A stretch of DNA of 64,000 nt from assembly GCA_021848025.1 (NCBI GenBank), contig JAJZND010000011.1:16664-80663 (forward strand), in the 5' to 3' direction. Shown piece by piece: positions 63,755 through 64,000 of this stretch (its first letter is position 1; each line of letters starts with the position of its first letter). A model generated the notes under the pieces. The model made no database searches. It saw nothing but the letters and a program-made list of their open reading frames with translations, and was not told the origin of the DNA. Made by a program: the position numbers and the translations under genes. The stretch comes from Candidatus Micrarchaeota archaeon (lineage in GTDB: Archaea; Micrarchaeota; Micrarchaeia; Micrarchaeales; CABMGC01).

Positions 63755-64000
63755 ATGGCAACTACCAGCAGTTTTAACTCAGGTGGATTGCTTATTTTCC
63801 TTGTAATCATAATTTTCCTACTGGGCAGGAGAGTCATGAGGCAGAGAAAAGGCACGAAATACACTGTGCGCAGCATCTTCCTTACGCCCATAATATACAC
63901 GGCCCTAACAGTTTATTTGCTCATAGGAGTGCCGTTCTGGCAGGACCTTGTAATATTGGCTGTGATAATTGCCGGGACCGTTGCAGGGCTTGCTCTTGGA
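63755..64000 (+). CDS. membrane protein, 5' part (runs off window end)
   Basis: Hand translation from ATG 63755: MATTSSFNSGGLLIFLVIIIFLLGRRVMRQRKGTKYTVRSIFLTPIIYTALTVYLLIGVPFWQDLVILAVIIAGTVAGLALG. No stop before 64000 and three hydrophobic segments. The antisense track ORF 63622..63900 is judged spurious. Confidence 0.5.
   Translation, partial: MATTSSFNSGGLLIFLVIIIFLLGRRVMRQRKGTKYTVRSIFLTPIIYTALTVYLLIGVPFWQDLVILAVIIAGTVAGLALG

Noticed and set aside
63622-63900. 92-aa minus-strand ORF at the right edge.
   Set aside because: The plus strand carries an open frame from ATG 63755 to the window end with three clear TM segments. The minus ORF would overlap the nadK stop and has antisense-like composition.
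1-64000. Looked for CRISPR arrays, rRNA genes, transposases/IS ends, integrases, reverse transcriptases and obvious toxin-antitoxin pairs across the window.
   Set aside because: I found no regularly spaced direct repeats, no rRNA-like sequence and no ORF with DDE, tyrosine- or serine-recombinase or RT motifs. The only RNA gene I can support is tRNA-Gln.

Overview
Dense archaeal chromosome segment with about 75 coding genes on both strands and one tRNA. There are no rRNA genes, CRISPR arrays, transposases or integrases. The archaeal assignment rests on Topo VI-A, membrane-bound LonB, RFC small subunit, Alba, EndoQ, aEF-2, r-proteins L30e/L7Ae/S28e/L24e, and three proteins with class III (type IV pilin-like) signal peptides. 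Divergent housekeeping sequences, 0-5 nt gene spacers, TATA boxes 20-35 nt before start codons and many ORFans suggest a small-genome lineage. That could be DPANN/Micrarchaeota-like or a Thermoplasmata relative, but I cannot establish it without a database search.

Recognisable content:
- Left part: M50 protease, tRNA-Gln, SSF symporter, dienelactone hydrolase, rfcS, top6A, lonB, MscS, an ABC-2 exporter, topA, trmI, albA, and an aspS/kinase-like/nth/endoQ string.
- Middle: tandem pilin-like adhesin genes, a secreted Lon-C-like protease, HIT, UbiA, and a fused r-protein block (L30e-S12-S7-EF2-L7Ae-S28e-L24e). Then thiI, a GT-C glycosyltransferase and a Ser/Thr-rich pilin.
- Right part: an mtnP / class II aldolase / mtnA triad, peroxiredoxin, type 2 IPP isomerase, a complete 2-oxoacid dehydrogenase operon and nadK.

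The most interesting part is an 11 kb block (about 41.6-52.2 kb) of roughly 15 unrecognisable genes in two convergent arms. It is rich in small proteins with paired Gly/Ala/Ser-rich hydrophobic segments. It also holds a transglutaminase-like Cys-His protein, a sigma-70-region-4-like HTH, an ankyrin-like mini-ORF, a fragmented gene and a 520 bp AT-rich gap.

Secondary points are surface and glycosylation genes, a possible K-loop in the L7Ae leader, charged tails on r-proteins, and a DHAP-shunt-like gene triad. All functional calls come from motif recognition by eye; no searches were run.
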